A DNA stretch of 64,000 nucleotides from Ostrea edulis (GCF_947568905.1 NC_079171.1:51026001-51090000); one strand, 5' to 3'. Shown: positions 37,712 to 51,985, counted from the stretch's first letter. Numbers and translations: made by a program. The notes: a model not told the origin generated them from the sequence alone.

Positions 37712-40709
37712 TCAAGAATCCCAGTTCGTTTCAGAGGTTGTAGGATCTGTAATACTGGATAAAGTAATACTCAAACTTTTCTTTTGAGCTGGAGATATTT
37801 TCCTCCTTGGAGGATGTCTGGAAGAATGGAGTGATTTCTCATTTCTGTAATGTGACATAAAGAAAATATCCCGGTCCTCATATCCCTCTTCACTGAGGAT
37901 CTGAATGACAGTGGTACGCAAACATTGACCTGTGTAAATCCGAGATAGCCCTGCAATCTTGCTCATGTCTCTCATGAAGTTGGAAATGGTACGTTTTGAT
38001 AGCTGACTATTCCTATACCATATCGAGCAGGATTTCGGAAGGGTAACAGCATCATGGAAGACCTTATTAAACAACGATGTGGCTGTTGGTTCAGTTTTTT
38101 CCAATAGTAGTCTGAGCATCATCACGGGACAACTGTCTCCACCTGTAGCATACATACGCTTTTCAGACTGCATTGCAAATTCATCTACACTGCTCTGGCG
38201 ATTTTTCTGGAGAGTATCAGGATTGAGAGTGACGTATTCACCTGTTTCATCCTTGTGAAATGTGAATGAATCTTGTTTCAACTGACAATGGAATTCAATA
38301 CCTCGAGAAACAAAATGGATCGCTAGTTGGAAGTAGACACAGTGTCGAAGAATGACCGGACTCAGTGATGCGTTCTTGAAATAAGATGTAATTTTTTTCA
38401 TATCTTCTTTTTCAATAATATCTTTGTGTTTTGTGCATATGGCTGTACCATCCCTCATGCGCTCTTTCAAGAGACCATCTAGAACACCATTGGCTGTTTT
38501 AAATTCTTTGTCCTTTACAACATCTATGTTTCGTTTAAGATCAGTCAATTTTCGATTAATCCCCGCTCTAATATTTATTATTGTGTTTCTGTGGTAAAGG
38601 TCGCCATTCTTCCCAGGCCGAACTTCACAATAAAACTTTTCCAAAAGTTTGCCGAATTCTTGTGCATCAATTGTTTCAAAATTTATTTCACCTCCTCTTC
38701 TTTCCATGCTCCAATCTGAAAATCATTTCATAAAATGTACACTCTAAATCATATTATCACCATTTGTTTCATAGGCTACTGCTACCCGTTAATTTGACCT
38801 CCATTGTCATTGAATTAGTATGTGACTGATTGATTGATTGAATATTGTTTAACGTCCCTCTCGAGAATATTTCACTCATATGGAGACGTCACAAATGCCA
38901 GTGGAGGGCTGCAAATTTTTTTATTAGCATTATTTAACCTAGGTAAATAAAAACATGGCACGGTCCTTGTTTACATAACAAGGACTTGTGACCTCTATAT
39001 CCCCCTTGTACTTTGACTACTGACATTCAAATCTTTGCTGATCATTAGAAATACCTTAGTTTAGCATTCTAAATATTAAAAAAAATAAAAAAAAATCTGA
39101 AAATGTTAAGCTCAAATCGTGTCCATGTCCCTTTAAACCTATTCTATAGATTTTGTATTGCTTATAGGAGTTATGAGATTGATCACTGTTCGTTATCTTC
39201 GCTTTTCATTGAAAGAAATTTGTTAAGATTTCAATGGTAGTAATGTTTACACTTCAAATACGTCGAAGTATGGTTAAGGTGTGCTGAGTAAAGTTAAAAC
39301 AAAAATCACAAAATGTTCCTCAGTGCAATTCACACTATAGATCTATCACGTCACGATATAAAAGTACGTCATGATATATAGGTCTATAGTGGTATCGCGG
39401 GGAAAATGTCAAAATATTTTCTAGCTATTTACTACCATTCTCCAGCATTCAAGATGTATATCTCATGTGATTTTTTTTTCTATAATAATATATAAGTCTC
39501 ATGTTTATATATATATATATATATATATCGACTGGGCACAGTTGAAAGATGACCATATTTTATTTCGATCAAAGCATATTCCTAAAGGTAACTAGTTGCA
39601 GATTTAGGTTTATGATAGAGAGGTAAGATATTTTGCCTCGTTTAGATACGATTTGGCAGTGAATGTGGGAAATACCCAATATTTGAGTCGAGATTATGGA
39701 AATTGCTAAATGGATATTTTACCGATCCGTATCACTGTTTAAATTCACCATCCCAATGTAGACATATCAAGCCCAAACTGCAAATCTTTTGAGTGCATCT
39801 TTCACCTGTGCCGATGTGATAAACAACTGGAAGACCAGCGGATAAAAATAACTCTACCGGGTAAGTCACTTCTACGATGACGTAATGGTTCAGCGAGGGG
39901 TTGTTTTATGTATTGACAAAGTTTAGTAAAAAGATGCTTGGAAGAATTTTACTTTAATTTGAATATGGCGTTATTACTTGTTATTTTACTCAGAACACAT
40001 TAACTCCACTATGTTCCTATGTAAAGTGAAGATAACGAACAGTGATCAATCTCATAACTCCTACAAGCAATACAAAATAGATAGTTGGGCAAACACGGAC
40101 CCCTGGACACACCAGAGGTGGGATCAGGTGCCTAGGAGGAGTAAGCATCCCCTATCAATTACTGAAATAAAAACATAATGGAAAGGTTGAAATGTAATTT
40201 AGTACAAATTTAACAACAATGTAATCCCAGGTAATACTGTTAATAGTATCCTAGTGGTTTCTTGTTTGTTTGTTGTTTTTTTTTTTTTGTTTTTTTTTTG
40301 TTTTTGTTTTTTTTTTGTTTAGTTCTATTAATACAATTCTTCGTTACATAAAATATCATACCTCGAATTATTTCGTGTTTACACTGTATCGTACCTCGAA
40401 TCATTTCGTGTTTACACTTTAGACTATGAAATATCGTACCTCGAATCATTTCGAGTTTACACTTTAGACTATGAAATATCGTACCTCGAATCATTTCGTG
40501 TTTACACTTTAGACTAGATAGAATATCGTACCTTGAATTATTTTGTGTGCCCACTCTGTGTTTCTCTTCGTTGACTTTGCCTGCCTTGCTTCAAACAATG
40601 CGTTCACTTCTGCCTCTGTCGATTCTTTGAATCTTTTGAGAGGTTGGTGACATTCCATTGTAAAAAGATCCGACACTGAAGCTTGCGGGAGGGGTTCTTC
40701 TTTGGACAT
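37712..40709 (-). CDS. Crypton-type tyrosine-recombinase-derived gene YR2, 2 exons, about 393 aa from the first in-frame ATG
   Basis: Exon 1 40709-40532 (KRFKESTEAEV..RQAKSTKRNTEWAHKIIQ G|gtacga). Exon 2 38715-37712 (ttcag|AT TGG AGC ATG). Motifs FYCEVR, YHRNT, HFVSRGIE, CPVMML, YTGQCLR, SHYRNEKSLHSS. Confidence 0.85.
40350..40540 (-). repeat. ~45-bp tandem repeat containing the YR2 exon 1 donor
   Basis: Forward-strand gtacc cores at 40391, 40436, 40481 and 40528, i.e. G|gtacga donors on the minus strand. Confidence 0.9.
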
Positions 40710-41929
40710 ATCACTACAAACTTTCCGAAATTGTTCCAAATTAATTGCTTCCCAAATTGTTTCAAATTAATAGTTCCTTAAATATCACCAGAGGTGGAAA
40801 AACGAATCCCATTTACCCATATTTGTTGGAGATCGATTTCATGAAAAATTGTACATACCACTGTTTTGGTCTGTAATCAGTCTATTTGTGCGCGCGTATT
40901 CATAGTTTATAAATGACAAGCGTAAATATCAATTTGTTCCGAAGGGTATTTCATAAAAATCACAAAGGTATAAAAACTGCATTTTCCATGTGGTTACTTA
41001 AAAAAGTAGTTCAGGTAAGTACCGGTGTATATTCACATAACATTACACACCGACAACCCATATTTCTTTCTGATTTAAGGTATTGAAGAGATTTGTTGAA
41101 AAGGGGCAAATGATATAATATGCTTAAAACAAACGTTACAACGCAAAATGATTTATATTCAGCATAAAAAGTTACAAACACTACGAATTGGCATTCTATG
41201 TATGAACAGAGAGGCATATGGACCAGTGCAACTGCAATTCTCAATAAAACAAGATGTGTTTGTGAAACACTGTTGCCTACAAAATGCAACCAGGTGAAAG
41301 GTCAAATATTTTGATGCCAATAGAAAGTTCTCGCCACAAAATACACATACCAAATATTAAAGCTCCACCTCTTATGGTGTAAAAGGTATGACCAAGGTAA
41401 ACGTTTTTCACCCCAGACAAACAGATCGACCAAAAACTGTATGCCCCCGAATCTTTGAATTTGGGGACATAAGAAAACATCAAATCTCAATTATAGCTCC
41501 AACCTCACCACTTTGAGCATGACGTAAACAAACCTCAATTCTGCATAAATTTAATTAAATCCTGGACATTGCAAAATCTTATGACGTCACAGGATGGTGG
41601 AACTACGTTAATATCACGCAATGAATCCTTCACACACAAAACTCCATATCTTTTATCAGTAATAAATAATACAACCGAAAACATCCAATCGAATTCACAT
41701 AAGATACATCATTCTAAGAAAATCACAGACTTTGCTGACATCAAAGTTATACTAAAATTCCGGAACTCTGTAGCAAGCGATTTACCCAGAAGACGGCACT
41801 GCCATGTTCCAAATTTCAAAATGGCACTGCCATGTTTACAGTATTTTCAATTTACATTTCATTAAGATCAATACAAGTCGCGGTCATAATAAGTTTTGGC
41901 TGCACATGGAGCTTGCTGTGCATTTGGGG

Positions 41930-42740
41930 CTGCGTTGGAAAATGAGGACAGAGTTAATACGCTTACTGATTAATGTTGGTCACTGGAAAAAGCTCTCATG
42001 GACGCTTCATTTCGATATCCTAGATTAAACACACGACACATCAAGGGATGCTTACTCCTCCTAGACACCTGATCCCACCTCTGGTGTGTCCAGGGGTCCG
42101 TGTTTGCCCAACTATCTATTTTGTATTGTTTATAGGAGTTATGAGATTGATCACTGTTCGTTATCTTCACCTTGCATCAGACTTAAAATCAAGCATTGTT
42201 CAAGTTTTAAGTTGCTGTCGCTCAGAGACAATTAGGCGTGTATCGTTTTCGGTCTGCACCTTTGCAGATATCTGGCAAGAAATTGGCGAATGTTCTCTTG
42301 TTCAGTTTTATATTGGTGTACCAGTAATAGATTGGAAGAGGCAACGATTAAAGAGGTATGTTGTCCCTTGAACCATTTTTGACAAGGAAAATGTAAGCAT
42401 TTCAACAGGGCATGATTTTGAGTGATTTTCGTACATGCGTTTATCTGTGAAAACCTCACTTTCGTCTAGCCCACCTTGAGATGGTTTTTTGACATCGTTT
42501 CGTGAGTCAGACTGACATAAGTTAAACTCTGACTGTAATGCAAGGTGAAGATAACGAACAGTGATCAATCTCATAACTCCTACAAACAATACAAATAGAT
42601 AGTTGGGCAAACACGGACCCCTGGACACACCAGAGGTGGGATCAGGTGCCTAGGAGGAGTAAGCATCCCCTGTTGACCGGACACACCCGCCGTGAGCCCC
42701 TTCTTCATCCACTTTGAAATCAAATGCAGTTTCAGCTAGC
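41930..42740 (-). pseudogene. Decayed fourth Crypton-type YR paralog, split by two short-repeat insertions
   Basis: Minus-strand pieces, in order: AFDFKVDEEG / YVSLTHETMSKNH(frameshift)QGGLDESEVFTDKRMYE..CPVEML..LSK..YLFNRC / FLPDICKG..RYTPNCL*ATA / GYRNEASMRAF. These are collinear with YR1-3 and contain stops and frameshifts. Confidence 0.8.
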
Positions 42741-44560
42741 AATGGAGTTTTGGAGACAAAATAAGCAGTTTCCAAAAATATCTGCATCTTTTGAAGGTAG
42801 GATTGTGATGTTAATTATTTAGGAGACGGTGATCGAGACGTTACGTCGGTAATTCTGTGTTTCAAAGACCCTGACCCTCACAAACCTGCATGTTGTTTTG
42901 CGTATTAAAGAATAGTTTACTCAATTACGGACGAAATAGAGATATAAAGTGCCACAATTGTTTCCTTTATGCATGGAATTTTCACTATACTGCTATTCAT
43001 TATCTTCGTGTGTCATGCATCGAGTTCTGGGTCATTGTGAGGACTCTTTATCCTGTCAATGCCTGCGATGACATATGACCTCCTGTTTCTAATAAAAAAA
43101 AAAGTGAAGATAACGAACAGATCAATCTCACAACTAACAAATAAATAGCTGGGCAAATAAATATGGGTCACTGAACATGCCAGAGATAGGATCAGGTGCC
43201 AAGGAGGAGTAAACATCCCATGTCGACCAAAACATCCACGACTTTTCTCTTCTTATCCCCACGGCCTCATGAAGGAATACTTATTCACCATGTTAAATGT
43301 GTTAGGTGTGATGCGCTGGGATTCAGCATTAAACCCAGGACCTCCCAATTGCGTTGTTATTTTATTGAAACTATCTCGGGTCTCCATTCTTCCCAGGCCG
43401 AACTGAATGGGATCACATGTCTTATTCCGAGTTCACATAGATATATCGAATTGACATATGGATGAAAATGATTATCACACCTTGAACACCGACATCTTGA
43501 ATACCATGGTTATGTCAAAACTAATTCGGAATTCCTAAACACTTCTTCTGTAAGTATTTCAAATACTCAGACATCTCAGAATGTTTTCCTTGATCTCATG
43601 GAATTCAAGATAAGGAGGTTTGACTATATATATAAATGACACAGAATTTGTTATAATCTAACATGATCTATTTTCATAACAGTTAGAACAACTCACAATC
43701 GAGGAGTCCCCAAGGGTAACTTGAAATCATGAGTAACATAAAATACATAACACATCATAGAAAAATCAATACTGAAGCACTACTAAAACACATATAAAAT
43801 CTATATATTGATTTACAGATGCTGCTTTTAAAAATCAAATGTATTTCCAGTTGCATCTACTATATATCTAGTTCAATCGCCAGAACATTACAAGAACCCT
43901 AAAGATCTCTAAAAGATGTACTGTAATAAAACATTTGATAGACACAATTGACAACCGCAAGTGACGGCAGTCAGTATAGATAAAGCTTGCTTTCATCCAT
44001 GTGGTGACGACAGTATCGATAAAGCTTGCTTTCCTCCATGTGGTGCTGAATTCACTTTTTTCAATTGGTGCACGCTCTTTCCTCGCCCTTGATATCACCA
44101 CGGAAGTAGTTTTAATTATCTGAAAGTTATCAAATACTTAATAATTAAAGAAATCATGCGAATCACTATGTAGCTAGCATCCATTGGTATTTCACCATTT
44201 AATTCATTCGCATTTTTAAAGTCAATATAATGAAACTAATGTATAGATACCGATTGTAAATAAGCCGTTTTTGACACACTGATTTTGATTGCGGATAACT
44301 CCGTTTACCTGATCAGGATATAGGTCTCACGGCGGGTTTGACCGGTCAACAGGGGATGCTTACTCCTCCTAGGCACCTGATCCCACCTCTGGTGTGTACA
44401 GGGGTCCGTGTTTGCCCAACTATCTATTTTGTATTGTTTAGGAGTTATAAGATCGATCACTGTTCGTTATCTTCACCTTCCATACGTAATTATGCTACAT
44501 TTCAAGGAATATATAAATTAAATGTGAAATTTGAATTGAATATTGTAAAATATTGCTTAC

Positions 44561-44878
44561 CTGTTGCATATGGCACAGGAAATCCTAACAAAACCACAAA
44601 TTGAGGTGTTTCCAATGATGAGTATGATGATATTGATGATGATGATGTTGAAACTGCTGCTGCTGTCATGTCCTCAATCTTTAACCCGCCTTTTAAGTAA
44701 TGGTAACAAAATTTCCGACACTTATTACACACACAATCGAAATCCGATGGTGTCCTCCCTGTCAGTGTCATCAGTACTGGTCTTTGTTTCTCGGATACCT
44801 TGTAGCGGTATCTTGGATCTACTCGTTTCCGACATCTGAAACAGCAGTAGTTTTTGGGACGGGCCCTTCGTTTGGATT
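44561..44878 (-). CDS. Phase 1-1 exon ZnF-B: CxxC..CxxC module (paralog of ZnF-C); possibly pseudogenic
   Basis: tatttcag|AA TCC ... YCCFRCRKRVDPRYRYKV..LTGRTPSDFDCVCNKC ... LLGFPVPYAT G|gtaagc. 318 nt, open. The next acceptor (44119) gives D-N-stop. There is no ATG before the first CxxC. Confidence 0.6.
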
Positions 44879-45614
44879 CTGAAATATCTATTACAAATAA
44901 TTGAAATATAGAATAAATACGATTTAAGTTGGAATAAATATGTTAATTAACTGGAATGCACATATCACCTTAATTGTTCAAACCAAGCAAATGCTTAAAA
45001 TGTAATTATAAATCAATTAACACTTTCTCAAAACGAGACTAAATTAATTTTAAAAAAATTTAATGACTGAAAATGTGTACAAAAAAGTATTTTTGTTGAT
45101 ACCAGTAACTTTAAGGAAGAATACAACATAGTCATAATGAAAGGTGAAGATAACGAACAGTGATCAATTTCATAACAATACAAAATAGAGTTGGGCAAAC
45201 ACGGGCCCCAGGATATACCAATGGAGAGGGCGTTCTAAGTTTTAAGAGTGCTCAATCCTTTTGTTATAACATCTAGACAATAAAATATGTTCAAATCAAA
45301 TCAAACCAATGGATTGTATAGTGTTTAACAATCCACTCGAGAATATTTCACTCATGTGGAGATGTCACCATTGCCAGTGAAGGGATGCAAAATTTCGGCC
45401 TATGCACGACTCTTATGGTCTTTGGCAGGGAGGGATCTTTATTGTGCCACACCTGCTGTGACACTGGGCCTCGATTTTTAAGGTCTCATCCGAAGAACCG
45501 CCCATTCAGTCGCCTCTTCCGATAAGCAAGAAGTACTGAGGATCTATTCTAACTCACGGAATGCATTCATAGAAATAGAAATATCAGTTATATTTGTCTT
45601 TTCCGTTTAAGTTG

Positions 45615-45812
45615 AAATGCCTAACTGAGTAGCTCAGTGGTTTAGCATGTCGACAGCTGATCTGTGGATCACTTGTTCGAGTACAGCAGGCGTTTTTAAT
45701 TTTTTCCAGATTACTTTCTATTAAAACTGCATTTTTGACTAAATAAAGTACATTCCAAAGTTTTAAATTTCAAGTATTGTTGTACATATCCTCCATTTTT
45801 CATCCATCTCGG
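45615..45812 (+). mobile_element. Third tRNA-headed SINE-like family; second copy at 21815-21985
   Basis: gagtagctcagtggt head. The shared body ccagattactttctatta..tgcattttt.actaaat occurs in both copies. Confidence 0.6.
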
Positions 45813-48800
45813 TTTCTTTGGTGAAAGGTGAAGATAACGAACAGTGATCAATCTCATAACCCGTATAAGCAATACAAAATAGAAAGTTGGTCAAACACTA
45901 GCCCCGGGATATACCAGAAGTGGGATCAGGTGCCTGGGAGGAGTAAGCGTCCCTTATCGATCTGTCACACCCGCCATGAACCCTTTATCCACAATGTAGT
46001 AGTATATGTAGTATTCCTTCTTAAAATACATCAACGTTTTACATGATTATTCTAGTTTTCATAGCCTACAGGAGCCTGACATTTCCTTACTTAGGTCTCT
46101 TTAATGGACCCTTGCAAAAATCATGACAAGAGGTTCACAGTCCTTATCCATCATTTGAGAATTAATCCAAAAAGTATCACTAGTCTAAGGGCTACGAAAG
46201 CTTAACAATTTCCCTGTGCTGCATGTAATCTCAAAATCAATACGGACCATCTATTCCTTCGGATGTTCTAGTGTAGCAAGTTTGGTGTCAATCAATCAAA
46301 TGATTCTCAAAATATAGAGAAAATACATAACTATGTCTAGTTTTATCGTTCACCTTCGACAAAGTGACTTCAAAATAAATAGCGTCATTCTACTCCTTAC
46401 GTTATACCAGCTAGTGTACCAAGGATTCTAATTAAGTCCAGTTTGACCCTTGGCGTATGACCATGTGAACCCAAAATCAATACAGTTCATTTACCAGTGT
46501 ATCAAGTATGATGTCTGTCAATTAAAGGGTTCTAAAGATATTGAGTGGACAATATTTTGTACAGTGATTTGACCCTTCACCTTTGACCATGTGACCTCAA
46601 AATCAATAGTGGTCATCTACTCCTCAAGATGTACCAATGTACCAAGTTTGATGTATGTCAAGCAAAGGGTTCTTAAGATATTGAGCGGACAAGAATTGGT
46701 CTACACTGCCAGCGCCAGGTGCAAAACAACATGCCCTCTCTTTCAAAGGGTTTAGTTTGGGAACGGAACGCTTTGGCCTTGGAATATAATGCTGAACGGT
46801 TTACACAAAATGATTTGGTGTGGGAATTGGAACGATTCTAGTCCAGAATGGAAGGGTAGAAGAGCAGTTCATTTGGTGTAGTAGCACGCCTCAGGGTATG
46901 AACTGACATTCAGTTGCAGAGAAGATTTTGTGCAGTTTTTGACACATCCCAAGACCCCAAGGGTGCAGGAGTCTTGAAATTCACAATTTTTATCCCCCAC
47001 AACCCAATGATGCTTCATTCTAAATTTGAAGATGATTAATTGAATGTTTGTTTTACATCCCACTGAGAAATTTTCACTCATATTGAACATCAATTTAAAA
47101 AGAAATGGAATATGGCAGTTAATAACTAGAGGTACAAAAAGTTCAATTGCTAACTCACGACGGACGACAAATGGACATAGGCCAATAGCAATACTACAGC
47201 ATACTGTCTAGCAGTTTATGAAATATTTGTTCTTTTCTATATATCCTACTTATAATATCAAATTTTGAACTAAAGCTACTACATGTATATTTGTGAAAGT
47301 GTGGCAACCGATAAACAATGTCACACATTATAACACACCGTCTGTAATGTATGTGAAGTTATACATTATAACACACCGTCTGTAATGTATGTGAAGTTAC
47401 ACATTGTATAGCGATCACCGTGAATAATACCTATGACCACTTATACGAATGTAACCTTTTACCGTTTCTTTTAATTTTTCATTTGAATATGGATTTGTAT
47501 ATTACATATATAACAACATAAAAACCCACCTTTCACGTGTCAACTGCATTAGATGTTTCACTGCTTTCACACCACACTTTTCTGCCATCACGATTTTTTT
47601 AAATTCTCGAAACGGCCACCCAATTCACGGTTTAATTTGTTTGTTTTTTTCTTTTAAATTATTAATCTCACTATTTATTCTATTTTTCTGTAATAATATT
47701 GAATCATAATGAACATTCCCCATGTGAATTTCAAGACTGAAGTTGCAGAAACCATGAACTTTCCCCAAACAAGAGGGCCATGGGCCACATCGCTCACCTG
47801 GACAGCAGTTCCTTGCAATGAACAAGATTGAGCATGACCAATCATTTGAACAAACTGCAATCCCCTTCAACCAAGGATGATTTGTGCCAGGTTTGGTTGA
47901 AATTGGCCGAGTGGTTCTGGAGAAGATGAATTCGTCAAAAGTTTACGACAATGGCGACAGAATGTTTTCAGCAGAAAAGCTTACTTGGGCATTCGGCTCA
48001 GGTGAGCTGAGAACTTTAAACTGCAGTAGGTTAGGGCATTTAGTTGACCGTTGTAAACATCCAGTTGAGGAAGCTATTGCTTGGGTCACATTACAAATGT
48101 TGTTATGGAATAAATGGCATATTGTAGGTCAACTTCTTTTTAAACAATTTTTTTCCCCATTTTCCTGTTGTATATTGATTTGCCTAATAAAACAGATTAA
48201 CCGACAATTGGGGTTGAATTTAGTGTAGAATTTAGTTAAATATTTAGCTCAAATGAGGCTACAATGCCGAAAGTCTTCGTCATAGAGGTCCCCTTCTCGC
48301 TTGACATAATTCAAATCTAAACAATCAATTTAGTGATTCACGCTGAACAGATATATATGTACACTAGAGTCGTTGCATGACCTGGCCTGGGTTTCTCGAA
48401 AAGAACTTAATTTGAAACTTCGACTTAAGTCTGAGATTTTACTCAAATTTAGACTGCTCAAAGAGAAGAAAACTCAAACTTAAATTTGAGATTTCTTCGA
48501 GAAATTCAAACCAGACAAACACACATGCCACTGAATGAAGCACAACCTTTGATTTAAAAAAAATGCTGATGATTCGCTCTCATTTGTAAAACTATCTACT
48601 TGACAGACTTAGTAAAGCTTGTTAGTATAACTTCAGTAACATCAAACTTCAATAATGCCCCTCTTTTGTACAACTCTTAGTTAGCGTAGACAGTCCAGTA
48701 ACTAATGACTTGTTTTTAATTAGTCTATATTGGATTAAATACCACGAAGGACAAACTGGTACAACACCATACTAGTACTTTTCAAACAATACAATATTTG

Positions 48801-48909
48801 TAACAGCTACACTGTTATCAATGTTAGAGCAAAATAACTTTTAATGTTGATTCAAAACCAAACATATAAAACACATATATTTTCATTAAACATCTGACTG
48901 GTCGTAATA

Positions 48910-49154
48910 ATAGCTCAGTGGTAGAACATTTGCATAACCGGGAGGTTGCAAGCTCAAGTCATGCTCGAACATAGGTAGCGATTGGACCTTTGACAAATGT
49001 TCGGCAATGAAAAGTGAGAATTTAGGTTCTTTCTGATATGATCTTAAAAATAGAGATCATGAGTTGTGGCAGGCATTGGTATGTTGAAGAACCCTCACTG
49101 ATACGGCTTGTACACTACGTATAGGTCTAAATTTGTGGTACTTCACCTACAGCT

Positions 49155-49187
<33 letters not shown>

Positions 49188-49212
49188 CTGAACGTGAAAC
49201 AAACAACCAAAT
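48910..49212 (+). mobile_element. Same SINE family, near full length
   Basis: tagctcagtggtagaac head, then core and 3' ggtgacgtctcaatatgagtgaaaaattctcg end. Confidence 0.8.
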
Positions 49213-49470
49213 AACTTCTGAAAAAAGTTGTACACCTGTAATAAAACTAGGAATAAACTAGGAATATACTAATTTCTATTGAGAATTTGATCAGTCCTTT
49301 TCCTTTCATTCTCTCAAAAAATGCTTTTATTTTCAATTATCTAAATGTATAATACAGAAAATTAGTACTAGTATGAATTACCGGGATATTGTTGTTAATT
49401 TTAATCGGCTGGTATGGTATGATTCTGGAAATTACAAAAGCCAACGCATGGAAACTAAATTTCTCCACCG

Positions 49471-49482
49471 CAAGATGGCGGA
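49471..49482 (+). promoter_or_regulatory. YY1-type motif CAAGATGGCGG (possible promoter-proximal site)
   Basis: Exact match to the AAGATGGCG core in an otherwise AT-rich, CpG-poor context. No linked exon was identified. Confidence 0.3.
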
Positions 49483-50849
49483 CAAGGGACGTAACTTGCA
49501 GCAGCGTTGATAATACTTAGAACTCTTCAATGTTCACATGGATGATCACACAATACAAAATGACAATGCAAACTTTCTGAATCTACATTCATATACAAAT
49601 ACTATATGCACGAACATTTCGAAACATTTGTTTGAGGATACATATTTCAAATCCCCCTCTCCTTCATAATTGTATACAAATGAATGAGTCAAAGTTTTGC
49701 AAAGAAATAATGAAAGTTATACATAGATATGTGAATTTGAAATAGTACATACAATTTGTTGTTTGAAATTCACAAAGCAAACCCGACTGTTAAGTTTGCT
49801 CTGACAGTCTTTTTTTTTCACGATTCTAACTGTAACGACGTTCATGTTCCATGATTTTCGAAAAAGAGTAGGCTCGGGGGGGGGGGGGGGGGGGGGGGGG
49901 GAACGGACTCAAACACCCACAACCAAACATATTCCAATTTGTTAACCGCCGTAAAATGGCTGAAATATTGCCAAAACGGTGTAAAGCTTTTATTTCGAAA
50001 ACACCTCAAACCCGATCTTATTCATGTTCTCCATTGTTCTTATCAAGAACGTGCACGTTAATATTGTTTAAAGACCAGATTAATCAGAATTGCTCTATAC
50101 AATTCAAACACATGTACCCACTATCCTCTCTGTGTCTTGCACAGAAACAAGTGAATACTTGAAAAGAGATTCATTCCACTTGTATCTTCTGTAATGCTAT
50201 GTAAAACTTTATACGGTACCAATTTTGATAGCCATCTAAAATTTTAAAAAAAACCTACCACAGAACAGTATAGAATGTAATTATTACGTCATAATCAAAG
50301 AGTCTGATCCATGAACAATGAAAAATACGCTAGCTTCAGATATTGATAATTTCAATATAATATACTATACTTTTGAGATATAGGTTTTCTAGAAATACTT
50401 CTCTCCCCCTCCCCTTTTTTATACTTTTTCCTGACTATGATGTTTAATTTCACTTAACTGAATATCACAAACTATGACATTTTGGGGATACATCTCACAA
50501 CAATAGACTCTACATGAACTTGTAGATTGCTGAATACATCACGTTATATGAGCTCGAATGGTAAAGGTATTACATTTCACAATTTCGGCCATTTTTCAGT
50601 AATAAAAAAGCAATAAAACCGTGGTTATTGTCCAATGATTTTATAAACGTTTACTCAATTTAAAATTTAATCGAATTTGCAAAATTTAATTGAATTTAAA
50701 AAAGTGCATCTATGTAAACTATTAATTTCCAAAATTTAATGAATTTAAAAAATAATTAAAATAGTGTATCTATGTAGACTATTACATTGTAAAACAATTT
50801 CATTTTATTTTATAATCCATGATTTTCAACGAATGAGTATCAACAGTGA

Positions 50850-51985
50850 CGGTAGTAGCCCTGTGTTCGCGTTGGTGACGGCTACAGTGAGGAGTTTACT
50901 GTGAAGGTAGGAGTCCATCAGGGGTCAGTACTCAGTCCTTTACTTTTCATCATCGTGTTCGAGGCTCTTTCACGAGAATGTCGCACTGGTGTTCCCTGGG
51001 AGGATCTGTATGCAGATGAATTGGTTATCATTGCTGACTCATTGGATGAATGTGTCAAGAGGCTCCTGACTTGGAAAGAAGCTATGGAAAGGAAAGGACT
51101 GAGAGTGAATGCGGGCAAAACCAAGATCATGTTCTGGGGTACGGGTCTTTACCTACTTCAGGACTCAGGCCGCTTCCAATGTACTGTCTGTCGTACATGT
51201 GTAGGCAGCAATAGTATTTTCTGCAATGTCTGCAAGCACTGGGTGCACAACAAATGCAGTGGGCGCATGCGCCTGCTAGTGGACCCTGACTGTAGATGCT
51301 CAAGATGCAGGAGAACGGCTCGCCCTCTTGAATGATGTCCAAAGTTGGTGGTTGTAAGTTTCTTCTGCTACCTCGGAAACATGTTTTCCGCAGCTGGTGG
51401 ATGTGAACTCGCAACCACTACGCGTGTGAAGACCACTTGGAAGAAGTTCAAGGAGCTGCTATTGGTCCTGACATCAAGCCAGCTATCGTACAAGACCCGT
51501 GGTCGAGTGTATAACACTTGTGTATGAAGCGCTATGATTCATGGCAGAGAGACCTGGGCACTGACCAAGCCAAATCTGCATCGCCTACAGCGCAATGACA
51601 GAGCCATAAGACAGATCTGCAACATCAACCCAGAAGATATGGCCACTGTAGGTTCAACTGAATTGCTGGGTCGGCTTGGCATCCATGACCTCGACCTCAT
51701 CTTAAGGGAAAGGAGACTCCGCTGGTATGGCCACGTTGTCAGATCCAGCAGTGTCGTCGAGTGCGCTCTCAATATACAAGTTTCTGGTAGGCGTAGAGTT
51801 GGTCGGCCAATGCTATCATGGAGAGCTGACGGAGAGAGATCAAAGAGAATGGAAGCTCTCAAAATGGAGATCTGAGGCGAGATCTGCCATGCGTCCAGCT
51901 AGCCAGATACCTTGAAAGGGGTCCATTAGTGTGGACAATACCCGTGCATCTGCACGTAAATAAAAAGGAACCGACAACACCAACA
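50850..51985 (+). mobile_element. 5'-truncated, decayed RTE-clade non-LTR retrotransposon (RT C-terminal half with a Cys-rich insert, 3' UTR and tail)
   Basis: VGVHQGSVLSPLLF..LYADELV..GLRVNAGKTKIM; CxxC..CxxC..WVHxKC insert; FCYLG..GGC..W.KF.EL..YNTCV..YG/HG.ETW..RRLRWYGHV. Stops and frameshifts across ORFs 50901, 51345 and 51534. Confidence 0.9.

Noticed and set aside
47530-47593. ATG-containing exon (MAEKCGVK..) as the coding start of ZnF-B
   Set aside because: It exits in phase 2 while ZnF-B needs phase 1, and the paralogous exon at 57110 has stops in all three frames. It is more likely a 5' UTR exon unless an unseen exon intervenes.
605-49212. tRNA genes at 608, 5646, 21820, 31915, 35500, 45622 and 48910
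   Set aside because: Each tRNA-like head runs into a SINE body and lacks a complete cloverleaf with acceptor stem.
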